Below, in pieces: positions 53,655 through 63,339 of a stretch of DNA of 64,000 bases. Source of the DNA: Oscillospiraceae bacterium (GTDB lineage: Bacteria; Bacillota; Clostridia; Oscillospirales; Oscillospiraceae); assembly GCA_017430985.1 (NCBI GenBank), contig JAFRLZ010000069.1:302-64301 (forward strand), read 5' to 3'. Position 1 is the stretch's first letter, and each line of letters starts with the position of its first letter. The notes beneath the pieces were generated by a model that searched no databases, was not told the DNA's origin, and worked only from the letters and a program-made list of their open reading frames with translations. A program made the position numbers and the translations under genes.

Positions 53655-54864
53655 GCGAGCTGAGCTTCTCTGCCCTGCGGGGGATCGGGAGCGCCTGGAT
53701 ATGGCGCTGCTTTATGGGGCGGACGCCGTCTATCTGGCCGGACGCGAGTTCGGCATGCGCGCCTCGGCGGGGAATTTCTCCGACGAGGCGCTCGCCTCTG
53801 CGATCACGGCGGCGCACGGGAAAGGCGTTCGCGTCTATGTGACCTGCAACACGCTCCCGCGCGAAAACGAGCTGGAACGCCTGCCGGCCTATCTCAGTTT
53901 TCTGCAGGAGGCCGGGGCGGATGCGATCATCGCCGCGGATCTCGGCGTGATCGCGCTGGCAAAAAAATATGCGCCGCTTGTGCCGCTGCATATCAGCACG
54001 CAGTTCGGCGTCGTCAGCAGCGCCGCGGCCAACGCGCTGTATGAGCTGGGGGCCGACACGGTCGTCCTCGCCCGCGAGCTTTCGCTTGACGAGATCCGCG
54101 CCATCCGCGCGCACACGCCGCGCGAGCTGCGTCTTGAAGCCTTCGTGCACGGCGCGATGTGCGTCTCTTTTTCCGGCCGCTGCGTCCTGTCCAACTATCT
54201 GACCGGGCGCGACGCCAATCGCGGAGAATGCGCCCAGCCCTGCCGCTGGAAATATCATCTGGTGGAGGAAAAGCGCCCCGGCGAGTTTTTCGAGATCAGC
54301 GAGGACGGCGGCGCCTTTATCCTTAACTCCCGAGATCTCTGTATGATCGAGCATCTGCCGGAGCTTCTCGACGCGGGCGTGACGAGCCTGAAGATCGAGG
54401 GGCGCATGAAATCAGCCTATTACACGGCGGCCGTCACCAACGCCTACCGCCATGCCCTGGATGCGGCCATGGCCGGACGGCCGCTGGAAAAGCTGTGGCG
54501 GGACGAAGTCGACATGCTCAGTCACCGCCCCTACAGCACCGGCTTTTATTTCGGACAGCCCGGCCAGTACACGGACGACGCGCGCTATGAATCCGCGGCG
54601 GACGTTGTGGCGGTCGTGGAAACCTGTGAGGCGGACACCGCGCTTTTGACGCAGCGCAACAAGTTTCTGCGCGGAGACGAGCTGGAGCTGCTCGTTCCCG
54701 GCGGCGATCCGGTCGCTTTCATCGCTTCCGAGCTCTATGACGCCGACGGTCTTCCGATCGCAGATGTGCGACGTGCGATGATGCCCTTCCGGATGCCGCT
54801 GCCGTTTCGGGTCCCGGCGGGAACGGTGCTGCGAAAACGGCGGGAAACGCCCGCAGGCGCTTGA
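53647..54864 (+). CDS. peptidase U32 family protein
   Basis: ELLCPAGD.E.L..A...GADAVYLAG..FGMRA....F....L..A....H..G.RVYVT.N, and later EAFVHGAMCVSFSGRC.LS. Confidence 0.88.
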   Translation: MAERAELLCPAGDRERLDMALLYGADAVYLAGREFGMRASAGNFSDEALASAITAAHGKGVRVYVTCNTLPRENELERLPAYLSFLQEAGADAIIAADLGVIALAKKYAPLVPLHISTQFGVVSSAAANALYELGADTVVLARELSLDEIRAIRAHTPRELRLEAFVHGAMCVSFSGRCVLSNYLTGRDANRGECAQPCRWKYHLVEEKRPGEFFEISEDGGAFILNSRDLCMIEHLPELLDAGVTSLKIEGRMKSAYYTAAVTNAYRHALDAAMAGRPLEKLWRDEVDMLSHRPYSTGFYFGQPGQYTDDARYESAADVVAVVETCEADTALLTQRNKFLRGDELELLVPGGDPVAFIASELYDADGLPIADVRRAMMPFRMPLPFRVPAGTVLRKRRETPAGA

Positions 54865-55116
54865 CAAAAGCCGCTTTTATGGTATAGTTACATACGGCGT
54901 TGACGAAACGAGATGTACGCGCTGCTTTCCAGAGAGGAGCCGGTCGCTGCGAGGCTCCGGGCCGCCGTGCATCGGCCACTTCCGAGCCACCCCGCGAGAG
55001 CGGGGCGTCTGCCCGCGTTAAGGGCGCTGAGAGGCCGCTTCGGCGGCGAATCAGGGTGGTACCGCGAACAAAATTCGCCCCTGTTCCGTTTTTCGGGACA
55101 GGGGTATCTTTTTTTG
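54861..55116 (+). promoter_or_regulatory. promoter plus T-box leader, predicted Ala specifier (GCC at 54975-54977)
   Basis: TTGACA, 16-nt spacer, TG-extended TATAGT. CCAGAGAGG AG-bay-like element. T-box sequence GGUGGUACCGCG at 55055-55066. Terminator CCCCTGTTCCG/CGGGACAGGGG plus T-run at 55078-55116. Confidence 0.8.
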
Positions 55117-55132
55117 GGAAAGAGGATGGCAT

Positions 55133-57757
55133 ATGGAAAAATATGGACTCAATCAACTGCGTGAAATGTTTTTGAGCTTCTTCGAGACGAAGGGGCATCT
55201 GCGCCTGCCGAGCTTTTCGCTCATTCCGCAGAACGACAAATCCGTTCTGCTCATCAACGCTGGCATGACGCCGATGAAGCCCTGGTTCAAGGGGGAGGAG
55301 GAGCCGCCGCGCCGCCGCGTCTGCACCTGTCAGAAGTGCATCCGCACCGGCGATATCGACAACGTCGGCCACACCTCCCGCCACGGCACCTATTTCGAGA
55401 TGCTCGGCAACTTTTCCTTCGGGGACTACTTCAAGCATGAGGCCATCGCCTGGAGCTGGGAATTCCTGACGAGCCCCGAGTGGGTCGGCCTTGATCCGGA
55501 TCGGCTCTATCCCTCCGTCTACAAGGACGACGACGAGGCCTGGGAGATCTGGAACAAGGAGATCGGCATCCCGCCCGAGCGCATCTTCCGCTTCGGCAAG
55601 GAGGACAACTTCTGGGAGCACGGCGCCGGACCCTGCGGACCCTGCTCGGAGATCTACTACGACCGTGGCGCGCAGTACGGCTGCGGCAAGCCCGACTGTA
55701 CCGTCGGCTGCGACTGCGACCGCTATATCGAGGTCTGGAACAACGTTTTTTCGCAGTTCGACAACGACGGCAACGGCAACTACACCGAGCTCAAGCAGAA
55801 GAACATCGACACCGGCATGGGCCTGGAACGTCTGGCCGTCGTCTGCCAGGGCGTGAACTCGCTCTTCGACGTCGATACCGTGATGAACATCACCCACAAG
55901 GTCAGCGAGCTGACGGGCGCGTATTACGGCAAGAGCCACAAGATGGACGTGTCCCTGCGCGTCATCACCGACCACATCCGCAGCGGCGTCTTCATGATCT
56001 GCGACGGGGTGCTGCCCTCCAATGAGGGCCGCGGCTATGTGCTGCGCCGCCTGCTGCGCCGCGCCGCGCGCCACGGCAAGCTCCTGGGGGTGAACGAGCC
56101 CTTCCTCTACAAGGTCATCGACACGGTCGTGCATGAAAACGAGTGCCAGTATCCGGAGCTGCGCGAAAAGCAGGAGTATATCACCAGAGTCGTCAAGACC
56201 GAGGAGGAGAACTTTGCCCGTACCATCGACGCGGGCATGCGCATCTTCTCGGAGATGCTCGCCGAGCACAAGGCCAAGGGCGAGAACACCTTCTCCGGAG
56301 CCGACGCCTTCAAGCTCTACGACACCTACGGCTTCCCGATCGACCTGACGCGCGAGATGAGCGCCGACGAGGGCATGTCCGTGGATGAGGACGGCTTCAA
56401 AAAGCTGATGGAGGAGCAGCGCGTCCGCGCCCGCAAGGCGCGTGAGGCGCTGGGCGACCTCGGCTGGGCGGGCGTCAGCTTCGGCAAGGAGATCCCCGAC
56501 ACCGTGTTCGTCGGCTATGAGCAGCCTCGGGCCGAGGCGAAGGTCCTCGCGATCGTGGCCGAGGGCGAGGCCAGAGACGAGATCACCGCCGGAACGGATG
56601 CGATCATCGTGCTGGACAAAACGCCGTTCTACGCCGAAATGGGCGGCCAGACGGCCGATCACGGCCGGATCGGCGCGTTCAAGGTCGACGACGTGCAGAA
56701 GAACAAGGGCGGCAAGATCATGCACTACGGTACGCTGACGGAGGGAACGCTCTCCGTGGGCGACGTGCTCGCCGCCGAGATCGACGGCGCCCGCCGCGAG
56801 GCGATCCGCCGCGCTCACAGCGCCACGCATCTGCTGCAGTCCGCGCTGCGCGAGGTGCTGGGCGATCACGTGCATCAGGCGGGCTCTCTGGTCGAGCCGG
56901 ACCGGCTGCGCTTCGACTTCACGCATTTCTCCGCCGTGACGGCGGAGGAGCTGCGCCGCGTTGAAGACCTCGTCAACGCCGCCATCCTGCGCGGCTACGC
57001 CGTCGACGTGCGCGAGATGCCGATCGCCGAGGCCCGTGCGGCCGGCGCCACGGCGCTCTTCGGCGAGAAATACGGCGACGTCGTCCGTGTTGTGAACATG
57101 GGCGGCTACAGCGTGGAGCTCTGCGGCGGCACACATCTGGACAACACGGCGAAGGCCGGGGCGTTCCATATCGTCTCCGAAGCCTCCGTCGCCTCCGGCG
57201 TGCGCCGGATCGAAGCCGTCACGGGCCTGGAGACCCTGCGTGCTCTCCGCGCGGGACAGGAGACGCTCGACGAGCTCTCCGCCCGCTTCAAGGCCAGCCC
57301 CGCCGATCTCGCCGCGCGCGTGGAGCAGCAGGCGGCCGAGCTGCGCGAGGCGCGCCGCGTCATCGAGCAGTACAAGGCCAGGGAATCTGCCGGCGGCGCC
57401 GACGATATGCTGAAAAAGGCAAAAGAGCTTGGCGGACTTCACATCGTCACCTGCAGCCAGGACGGCTGCGACGCGGCGAAGCTGCGCCAGATCGGGGACG
57501 TGCTGAGAGACAAGGACAACGCGGTCGTCGCGGTCATCGCGGCGGTCAACGGCGACAAGATCACGTTCCAGTGCGTCTGCGGCAAGGACGCGGTCGCAAA
57601 GGGCGTACGCGCCGGGGACATCATCAAGAACGTGACCGCGATCGCCGGCGGAAGGGGCGGCGGCAAGCCGGACTCCGCCATGGGCGGCGGCAACGACGTG
57701 AGCAAGCTGAAAGAGGCGCTGGAGTCTGTGGAAGGCTTCGTGGCCGGGAAACTCTGA
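55133..57757 (+). CDS. alaS: alanine--tRNA ligase
   Basis: LREMFLSFFE.KGH...PS.SLIP..D.S.L..NAGM..FK..F, FEMLGNFSFGDYFK, editing-domain HSATHLL, and a C-terminal GGG(K/R). Confidence 0.95.
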   Translation: MEKYGLNQLREMFLSFFETKGHLRLPSFSLIPQNDKSVLLINAGMTPMKPWFKGEEEPPRRRVCTCQKCIRTGDIDNVGHTSRHGTYFEMLGNFSFGDYFKHEAIAWSWEFLTSPEWVGLDPDRLYPSVYKDDDEAWEIWNKEIGIPPERIFRFGKEDNFWEHGAGPCGPCSEIYYDRGAQYGCGKPDCTVGCDCDRYIEVWNNVFSQFDNDGNGNYTELKQKNIDTGMGLERLAVVCQGVNSLFDVDTVMNITHKVSELTGAYYGKSHKMDVSLRVITDHIRSGVFMICDGVLPSNEGRGYVLRRLLRRAARHGKLLGVNEPFLYKVIDTVVHENECQYPELREKQEYITRVVKTEEENFARTIDAGMRIFSEMLAEHKAKGENTFSGADAFKLYDTYGFPIDLTREMSADEGMSVDEDGFKKLMEEQRVRARKAREALGDLGWAGVSFGKEIPDTVFVGYEQPRAEAKVLAIVAEGEARDEITAGTDAIIVLDKTPFYAEMGGQTADHGRIGAFKVDDVQKNKGGKIMHYGTLTEGTLSVGDVLAAEIDGARREAIRRAHSATHLLQSALREVLGDHVHQAGSLVEPDRLRFDFTHFSAVTAEELRRVEDLVNAAILRGYAVDVREMPIAEARAAGATALFGEKYGDVVRVVNMGGYSVELCGGTHLDNTAKAGAFHIVSEASVASGVRRIEAVTGLETLRALRAGQETLDELSARFKASPADLAARVEQQAAELREARRVIEQYKARESAGGADDMLKKAKELGGLHIVTCSQDGCDAAKLRQIGDVLRDKDNAVVAVIAAVNGDKITFQCVCGKDAVAKGVRAGDIIKNVTAIAGGRGGGKPDSAMGGGNDVSKLKEALESVEGFVAGKL

Positions 57758-57769
57758 GGAGGGAACAAC

Positions 57770-58114
57770 ATGAAGAACAACTGCCTGTTTTGCGCGATCA
57801 TCGCCGGGGAGATCCCCAGCACGAAGGTCTACGAGGACGAGAACGTTTTCGCGTTCCGCGACATCAATCCCCAGGCACCCGTGCATGTGCTGGTGCTGCC
57901 GAAGAAGCATATCGCCTGCGCCGACGAGATCGACGCGGGCAACGCCGCGCTTGTCGGAAACTGCTTTGAAGCGATCGCGAAGATCGCGCGCGCCGAGGGC
58001 CTTAAGAGCGGCTATCGCGTGATCAACAACTGCGGGGAAGACGGCGGCCAGAGCGTTATGCATCTGCATTTTCATCTGATCGGCGGCCGCAAGCTGGGCG
58101 AAAAGATCATATAA
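57770..58114 (+). CDS. HIT family (histidine triad) protein
   Basis: CLFCAIIAGEIPS.KVYEDE and HLHFHLIGG (HxHxHxx). Confidence 0.9.
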   Translation: MKNNCLFCAIIAGEIPSTKVYEDENVFAFRDINPQAPVHVLVLPKKHIACADEIDAGNAALVGNCFEAIAKIARAEGLKSGYRVINNCGEDGGQSVMHLHFHLIGGRKLGEKII

Positions 58115-58119
58115 GGATC

Positions 58120-58157
58120 AACCTGCCGTGGGCGTTCGCCCTGCGGCAGGTTTTTTA
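58120..58157 (+). terminator. intrinsic terminator after the HIT gene
   Basis: AACCTGCCG...CGGCAGGTT hairpin followed by TTTT. Confidence 0.8.
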
Positions 58158-58165
58158 CAGACAGA

Positions 58166-60433
58166 ATGAGACGATTGGCATGGGCGGCCGGAGCCTTCTC
58201 TGCGGCGATCATCGCGGCAAATTATCTTCCCGCGGGCGGCTGGCTCCTGCCGTCCGCGGCCGTCCTGCTGCTGTTCGGCCTTGCGCTTGCCACGCTGCGC
58301 CGCCGCTGGCTGCGCGCGGCGGTCATCTCCTGTATCGCGGCCGCGCTCGGCCTCGGCTGCTTCGCGCTCCATGCGCAGACGCACACGATCCCGGCCAAAA
58401 GCATCGATAAGGAGACGCGCTTTTTCACGGCGACAGTCATGGAGTACCCCGTCGTGCACGAGGGGTATATCCGTGTCGAGCTGCGCGTCAGGACCGACGT
58501 CACGCCGCCGCTCCGATGCATCTTTTATGACAGAAGCGGCGCGACGGCAGACGCGGAGCCCGGAGACAGGCTCTCCGGGGAAGCCCGCTTTACCGCTGCG
58601 GATACGCGTTACGGGAGGAGTTACAGCGCCTATCACGCGCAGGATATCTATCTGCAGGCCAACGCGAGCGAAGGGGTCACGCTGGAAAAGACCTCCGGAT
58701 TTCGCCTGTCCGCCTTTGCCGCCAAGATGAACCGCGCCCTGACCGATCAGGTCGCGCAGCTCTTCCCGGAGGATGTTTCCGGCTTCTTTCTCGCGCTGAT
58801 GCTCGGGGAGAAAGGAGAGCTGTATCGGGACGACGCCATGTATACCGCGCTCAACCGCTCCGGCATCATGCACATCGTCGCGGTCTCCGGCATGCACGTC
58901 GCTTTTCTCGTAGGTCTGCTGCAGCTGCTGCTGGGGAACAATCGCCGCAGCGCGCTGCTCGGCATCACGCTGGTTTGGCTTTTTGTGGCGGTCACGGGCG
59001 GAAGCCCCTCTGCCGTGCGGGCGGCCTTCATGCAGACGACACTGCTGCTCGCGCCGATCTTGCGACGCGAGAACGATCCGCCGACCTCGCTGTTCACGGC
59101 GCTCGCCGTACTGCTCCTGTTCAATCCCCGCGCCGCCGCGAGCGTGAGCCTGCAGCTGTCCTTCGCCTCTGTTTCCGGGCTCCTGCTGTTCTCCCGGCAT
59201 CTGTTCGAGGCGCTTCACCCCAGGCGTGCGCAGGGGCTTCTGCGTATCCTGCTGAGCTATCTGGCGGGAAACGCGGCGGCCTCTTTCAGCGCTCTTGTCT
59301 TTGCGATCCCGCTGATCGCGATCTATTTCAACAGCATCCCGCTCCTTTCGCCCCTGACGAATATACTGGTCCTGTGGTGCGTTCCGATCTGCTTCGGAGG
59401 GGCCTATCTGGCCTGCGGGATCTCCTTTCTGCTGCCATGGCTCGGGTCGGCCCTGGCTCTTCTGGTCTCCTGGCCGGCGCGTTATCTCCTGGCTGCGGCG
59501 GGGCTGATCGCAAAGATCCCCTTTGCGTCTCTGTATCTCAGCGACCGCTTGATGCCGTATTGGCTGGCCCTGACCTACATTTTGCTCCTGTCCGCTTTGA
59601 TCGGGAAGCGGCGCAGACGCGGCCGCTGGCTCGTTCCCGCTTTGGTCTCGCTTCTTACGCTGTGCATCGCGCTGCTGGCCGCGCGCGTCTATTATGCTTC
59701 CGGCACGGGCTTCATCACCGCTCTTGACGTCGGGCAGGGCCAATCGCTGGCCGTCTTCTCGGGCGACAGCACCGTTGTTGTCGATTGCGGCAACATCAAC
59801 AGCACCGAAAACGCCGGGGAGATCACGGGGGATTTCCTCCTTGGCTGCGGACGCCGCCGGGTCGACGTCCTGCTCCTGACGCATCTGCATACCGATCATG
59901 CCGACGGCGTGCTGCGATTGATGGAGTTGATCCCGGTGCGCTGCATCCTCATGCCGCCGGACGTCGGCGAAGAGGACAGCCTGTATGGACCGATCTGTGC
60001 GTCTGCCGACCGGCACGGGACAACCTTGGTCTATGTCAGCGAAGACGGCGTGCTTGAGGCGGGGACGATCCGCATGGAGCTGTACGCGCCGGGAGAGGCT
60101 GGACGCGCCGACAAGCGCTGCCTGACGACAAAGATCTCCCTGGGCGACTATGATATGCTCGTCACGGGCGACATCGACGCGGCGGCGGAGCGGGAACTTC
60201 TCTCCGGGCATGAGATCGAGGATGTGGAGTTGCTCATCGTCGGGCATCACGGCTCGCGCTATTCCAGCTGCAGGGAGCTCCTCAGCTCAATCGGCGCCGA
60301 TACCGCGATCATCAGCGTCGGGTACAACAGCTACGGCCATCCGACCGAGGAAACACTTGAACGGTTGGATACTTACGGGTATACTGTATACAGGACAGAT
60401 CTGGACGGCAGGATCGAAATACGCGTAGCATAG
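58166..60433 (+). CDS. comEC: DNA internalization-related competence protein ComEC/Rec2
   Basis: Polytopic membrane core (GIMHIVAVSGMHVAFL) plus a C-terminal metallo-beta-lactamase domain (LDVGQGQS..., LLLTHLHTDHADG, VGHHGS). Confidence 0.88.
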   Translation: MRRLAWAAGAFSAAIIAANYLPAGGWLLPSAAVLLLFGLALATLRRRWLRAAVISCIAAALGLGCFALHAQTHTIPAKSIDKETRFFTATVMEYPVVHEGYIRVELRVRTDVTPPLRCIFYDRSGATADAEPGDRLSGEARFTAADTRYGRSYSAYHAQDIYLQANASEGVTLEKTSGFRLSAFAAKMNRALTDQVAQLFPEDVSGFFLALMLGEKGELYRDDAMYTALNRSGIMHIVAVSGMHVAFLVGLLQLLLGNNRRSALLGITLVWLFVAVTGGSPSAVRAAFMQTTLLLAPILRRENDPPTSLFTALAVLLLFNPRAAASVSLQLSFASVSGLLLFSRHLFEALHPRRAQGLLRILLSYLAGNAAASFSALVFAIPLIAIYFNSIPLLSPLTNILVLWCVPICFGGAYLACGISFLLPWLGSALALLVSWPARYLLAAAGLIAKIPFASLYLSDRLMPYWLALTYILLLSALIGKRRRRGRWLVPALVSLLTLCIALLAARVYYASGTGFITALDVGQGQSLAVFSGDSTVVVDCGNINSTENAGEITGDFLLGCGRRRVDVLLLTHLHTDHADGVLRLMELIPVRCILMPPDVGEEDSLYGPICASADRHGTTLVYVSEDGVLEAGTIRMELYAPGEAGRADKRCLTTKISLGDYDMLVTGDIDAAAERELLSGHEIEDVELLIVGHHGSRYSSCRELLSSIGADTAIISVGYNSYGHPTEETLERLDTYGYTVYRTDLDGRIEIRVA

Positions 60434-60442
60434 GATAAAACG

Positions 60443-61486
60443 ATGGCAAAGAAGAAAGAAGAACAAAAACTGAATTATCGGGAAGAGCTGCAGAAGCTGA
60501 AGAGCGACGGCCCGCAGCGGCTGTATCTTCTCTGGGGCGCGGAGGATTATTTGCGCGAGCAGTATTTGATCCAACTAAAAAAGCTGTGCCTCCCGGAGGG
60601 GGAGGACAGCTTCAGCTACAAGCGCCTGGATGGACCGGAGTTGGCGCGTGAGGCGCTGCTGCAGGCGATCGACACGCCGCCCTTCCTTTCGGAGCGGAGC
60701 TTTGTCGAGCTGCGGGACGTCGACCTCAATCATCTCTCCGAGCCGGAGAAGATTCTGGCCGTGCTTTCCGAGATCCCGGACTATTGTACGATCGCCTTTG
60801 TGCAGAGCGCGCAGTTTGAGCCGGACGGGCGTTTGAAGCTCATCAAGGGGCTTCGGGAGCTCGCGCGGGAGCTCCATTTCACGCGGCAGTCGCAGGGCGC
60901 TCTGACAGACTGGGTCTCCCGGCGCTTTGCCGCGGCGGGGAAGTCGATCGACCTGGAAGCCGCACAGAGGCTGATCTTCGTCAGCGGCGATCTGATGAGC
61001 CGCCTGATCCCGGAGATCGAGAAGGTCGCGGCCTATGCAAAGGGCGAGCGAGTCACGTCCGCCGACGTCGACGCCGTGGCCAACCATATCCCTGAGGCCG
61101 TCATCTTTGAGATGACCGATTATATTGCCAGGCGGGAATACAACGCCGCCCTTTCCGTCCTGTCGGAGCTTCTGGCGGACAAGAACAACACGCCCATCGC
61201 GATGCTCGCCATGCTCGGCCAGCAGATGCGCCGTCTCTACGCGGCGCGGCTGGCGGTCGACAAAAAGCTGGGCACAGACTACGTCATGGAGGTCTGCGCC
61301 CTGCGTTACGACTATCTGGCGACAAAGCTGACGGCGTCCGCGCGCGGTTTCACGCCGGGGCAGCTCAAGCGCGCCGTCGAGCTCTGCGCCGAGGCCGACT
61401 ATCAGATGAAGAGCAGCTCGGTCGACGATCTTGAGCTGCTGAAGGAGCTCGTCACGCGCATCATGGCGGGAGAGACCGATGCTTAG
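60443..61486 (+). CDS. holA: DNA polymerase III subunit delta
   Basis: YLLWGAEDYLREQ......PPFLSERSFVELRD. About 347 aa. Sits in the conserved comEC-holA arrangement. Confidence 0.8.
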   Translation: MAKKKEEQKLNYREELQKLKSDGPQRLYLLWGAEDYLREQYLIQLKKLCLPEGEDSFSYKRLDGPELAREALLQAIDTPPFLSERSFVELRDVDLNHLSEPEKILAVLSEIPDYCTIAFVQSAQFEPDGRLKLIKGLRELARELHFTRQSQGALTDWVSRRFAAAGKSIDLEAAQRLIFVSGDLMSRLIPEIEKVAAYAKGERVTSADVDAVANHIPEAVIFEMTDYIARREYNAALSVLSELLADKNNTPIAMLAMLGQQMRRLYAARLAVDKKLGTDYVMEVCALRYDYLATKLTASARGFTPGQLKRAVELCAEADYQMKSSSVDDLELLKELVTRIMAGETDA

Positions 61487-62105
61487 TATCAAAGAGGTCA
61501 TCGTGGTCGAGGGCCGCTACGACAAAAACGCCCTCTCCCAGGTCGTGGACGCCGTGATCCTGGAAACGGACGGCTTCGGCATTTTCAACGACCGGCAAAA
61601 GCAGAAGCTGCTGCGGCGCATGGCGGAGAGCAGGGGACTGATCGTCCTCACGGACTCCGACGGCGCGGGCTTCTTGATCCGCAGCTTCATCAAGGGCTGC
61701 GTCGATCCGAAATTCGTCAAGCACGCCTATATCCCGGACGTGTACGGAAAGGAACGCCGCAAGAGCCTCCCGTCAAAGGAAGGGAAGCTCGGCGTCGAAG
61801 GCATGGAGCCGGAGGTCCTGCTGGAAGCGCTGCGCCGCGCCGGGGCCTCGCTTGAGCCGGACAGCGCGCCCGCGCATCCGATCACGAAGGCGGATCTCTA
61901 CGCGTGTGGGCTGAGCGGGAGAGAGGGCAGCGCGCAGCGGAGGCAGGTGCTGCTGAAGGAACTGGATCTGCCGGAGCGCCTGACGGCGGATGCTCTGCTG
62001 GATGTGCTCAACGCGACCATGAGCCGGGAGGAATTCTACGACCTGCGGCTGCAGATGTCTTCCAGACAGACGGAGACGAGCAGTCCGATCAGCAGCACGC
62101 TCTGA
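61479..62105 (+). CDS. Toprim domain protein (RNase M5-like)
   Basis: IKEVIVVEGRYDKNAL and LIVLTDSDGAG (Toprim E and DxD motifs). 208 aa. Confidence 0.6.
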   Translation: MLSIKEVIVVEGRYDKNALSQVVDAVILETDGFGIFNDRQKQKLLRRMAESRGLIVLTDSDGAGFLIRSFIKGCVDPKFVKHAYIPDVYGKERRKSLPSKEGKLGVEGMEPEVLLEALRRAGASLEPDSAPAHPITKADLYACGLSGREGSAQRRQVLLKELDLPERLTADALLDVLNATMSREEFYDLRLQMSSRQTETSSPISSTL

Positions 62106-62290
62106 GGCAACTCATAAAGAGCCGCCGCGAGCTGTTTCGCCGCGTGGTCTCCCGCGGCGAATACGCCCGTATGTAGCAGCAGAGACGCAAAAAGCAGCGC
62201 GCAGCTGAGCTGCAGACTGACAAGGAAGATCCGCCACGCCGCCGGGCACATGCCGAGCATGCGACGATAGACGGCTTTGATGGTTTTCAT
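62036..62290 (-). CDS. possible small membrane protein (84 aa)
   Basis: ATG after GAGGTGA. Two hydrophobic helices. It overlaps the convergent Toprim gene by 70 nt and starts directly after the trxB terminator, so support is weak. Confidence 0.3.
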   Translation of the reverse strand: MKTIKAVYRRMLGMCPAAWRIFLVSLQLSCALLFASLLLHTGVFAAGDHAAKQLAAALYELPQSVLLIGLLVSVCLEDICSRRS

Positions 62291-62313
62291 CGCGTTCACC
62301 TCAAATCCAGTGT

Positions 62314-62349
62314 AAAAAAAGTGCCGCTTGTTTTCAAGCGACACTTTTT
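62314..62349. terminator. intrinsic terminator after trxB (bidirectional shape)
   Basis: GTGCCGCTTG / CAAGCGACAC stem flanked by an A-run and a T-run. Confidence 0.75.
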
Positions 62350-62363
62350 GGCATTTTTGAGGC

Positions 62364-63266
62364 TTATCTGTCCAGCCAGCGGCAGGCGGCCAGCGCGGCC
62401 ACGGCTCCGTCGGCCGCAGCGGTCGTGATCTGGCGGACGGCCTTGGCACGGCAGTCGCCGGCGACGAAAAAGCCCGGCGTCGGCGTCAGACAGTCCTCGC
62501 CGGAGGCGGCGTAGCCGCCCTTGTCGAGCGCCAGGAACTCCGCGAACGCGGCGTTGTCCGGCTCGTGCCCTACGGCCACGAAAAGCCCGTCCAGCGCGAG
62601 TTCTTCCCGCAGCCCGTCATGCTCCACGACGATGCCCGTGAGCTCGTCCTTGCCCAGCAGCGCCTTCACAGAGGCGCCGAGCAGGAAGCTCACGTTATCC
62701 TTGCCGCGCAGCGTCTCGACGAGCTTAGCCTCGCCCCGGAAGCTGTCGCGGCGGTGGATGACCGTCACATGCTCGCAGCTCTCGCTCAGCAGGACGGCGT
62801 CCTGCAGCGCGCTGTTGCCGCCGCCGCAGACGGCGACGCGCTTCCCCTTGTAAAAGGCGCCGTCGCACACGGCGCAGAAGCTGACGCCGCTGCCGACAAG
62901 GTTTTCCTCGTTTTCGACCCCCAGCAGACGGGGCTTCGCGCCCGTGGCGAGAATGACGGCGCGGCCGTCGAAGGACGCGCCGGAGAGGCAGTTGACGCGG
63001 AAACCGTCTTCGAGCTTCTCGACGCCGGAGACCTCCTCCAGCTCGACCTCGGCGCCCTGCTCCATGGCCTGCTCCAACAGCTTATCGCCCAGCTCCGTGC
63101 CGGAGATGGAGACGAAACCGGGGAAGTTTTCCACACGCGGGGACCAGGTGATCTGGCCGCCGAAAGCATTTTTTTCCACGACGAGCGCGCTCTTCTCCGC
63201 GCGGCGCAGATAGGTCGCCGCGGTCAGACCGGCGGGGCCGCCGCCGATGATGATAACGTCATACAT
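62364..63266 (-). CDS. trxB: thioredoxin-disulfide reductase
   Basis: YDVIIIGGGPAGLTAA (FAD), redox-active CAVCDG, GGGNSA (NADPH). ATG at 63266 lies 7 nt after GGAGGAAC. Confidence 0.92.
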   Translation of the reverse strand: MYDVIIIGGGPAGLTAATYLRRAEKSALVVEKNAFGGQITWSPRVENFPGFVSISGTELGDKLLEQAMEQGAEVELEEVSGVEKLEDGFRVNCLSGASFDGRAVILATGAKPRLLGVENEENLVGSGVSFCAVCDGAFYKGKRVAVCGGGNSALQDAVLLSESCEHVTVIHRRDSFRGEAKLVETLRGKDNVSFLLGASVKALLGKDELTGIVVEHDGLREELALDGLFVAVGHEPDNAAFAEFLALDKGGYAASGEDCLTPTPGFFVAGDCRAKAVRQITTAAADGAVAALAACRWLDR

Positions 63267-63339
63267 GTTCTGTTCCTCCATAGGGAACGGGCCGCCGCGG
63301 CGCTTTTGCCGGGCGGCCCGTTTCCGGTTCTGTTCGTTT

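Noticed and set aside
63290-63321. GC-rich hairpin between nrdD and trxB as an intrinsic terminator.
   Set aside because: No U-tract follows it on the minus strand, so trxB is more likely co-transcribed with nrdD. It is left unannotated.
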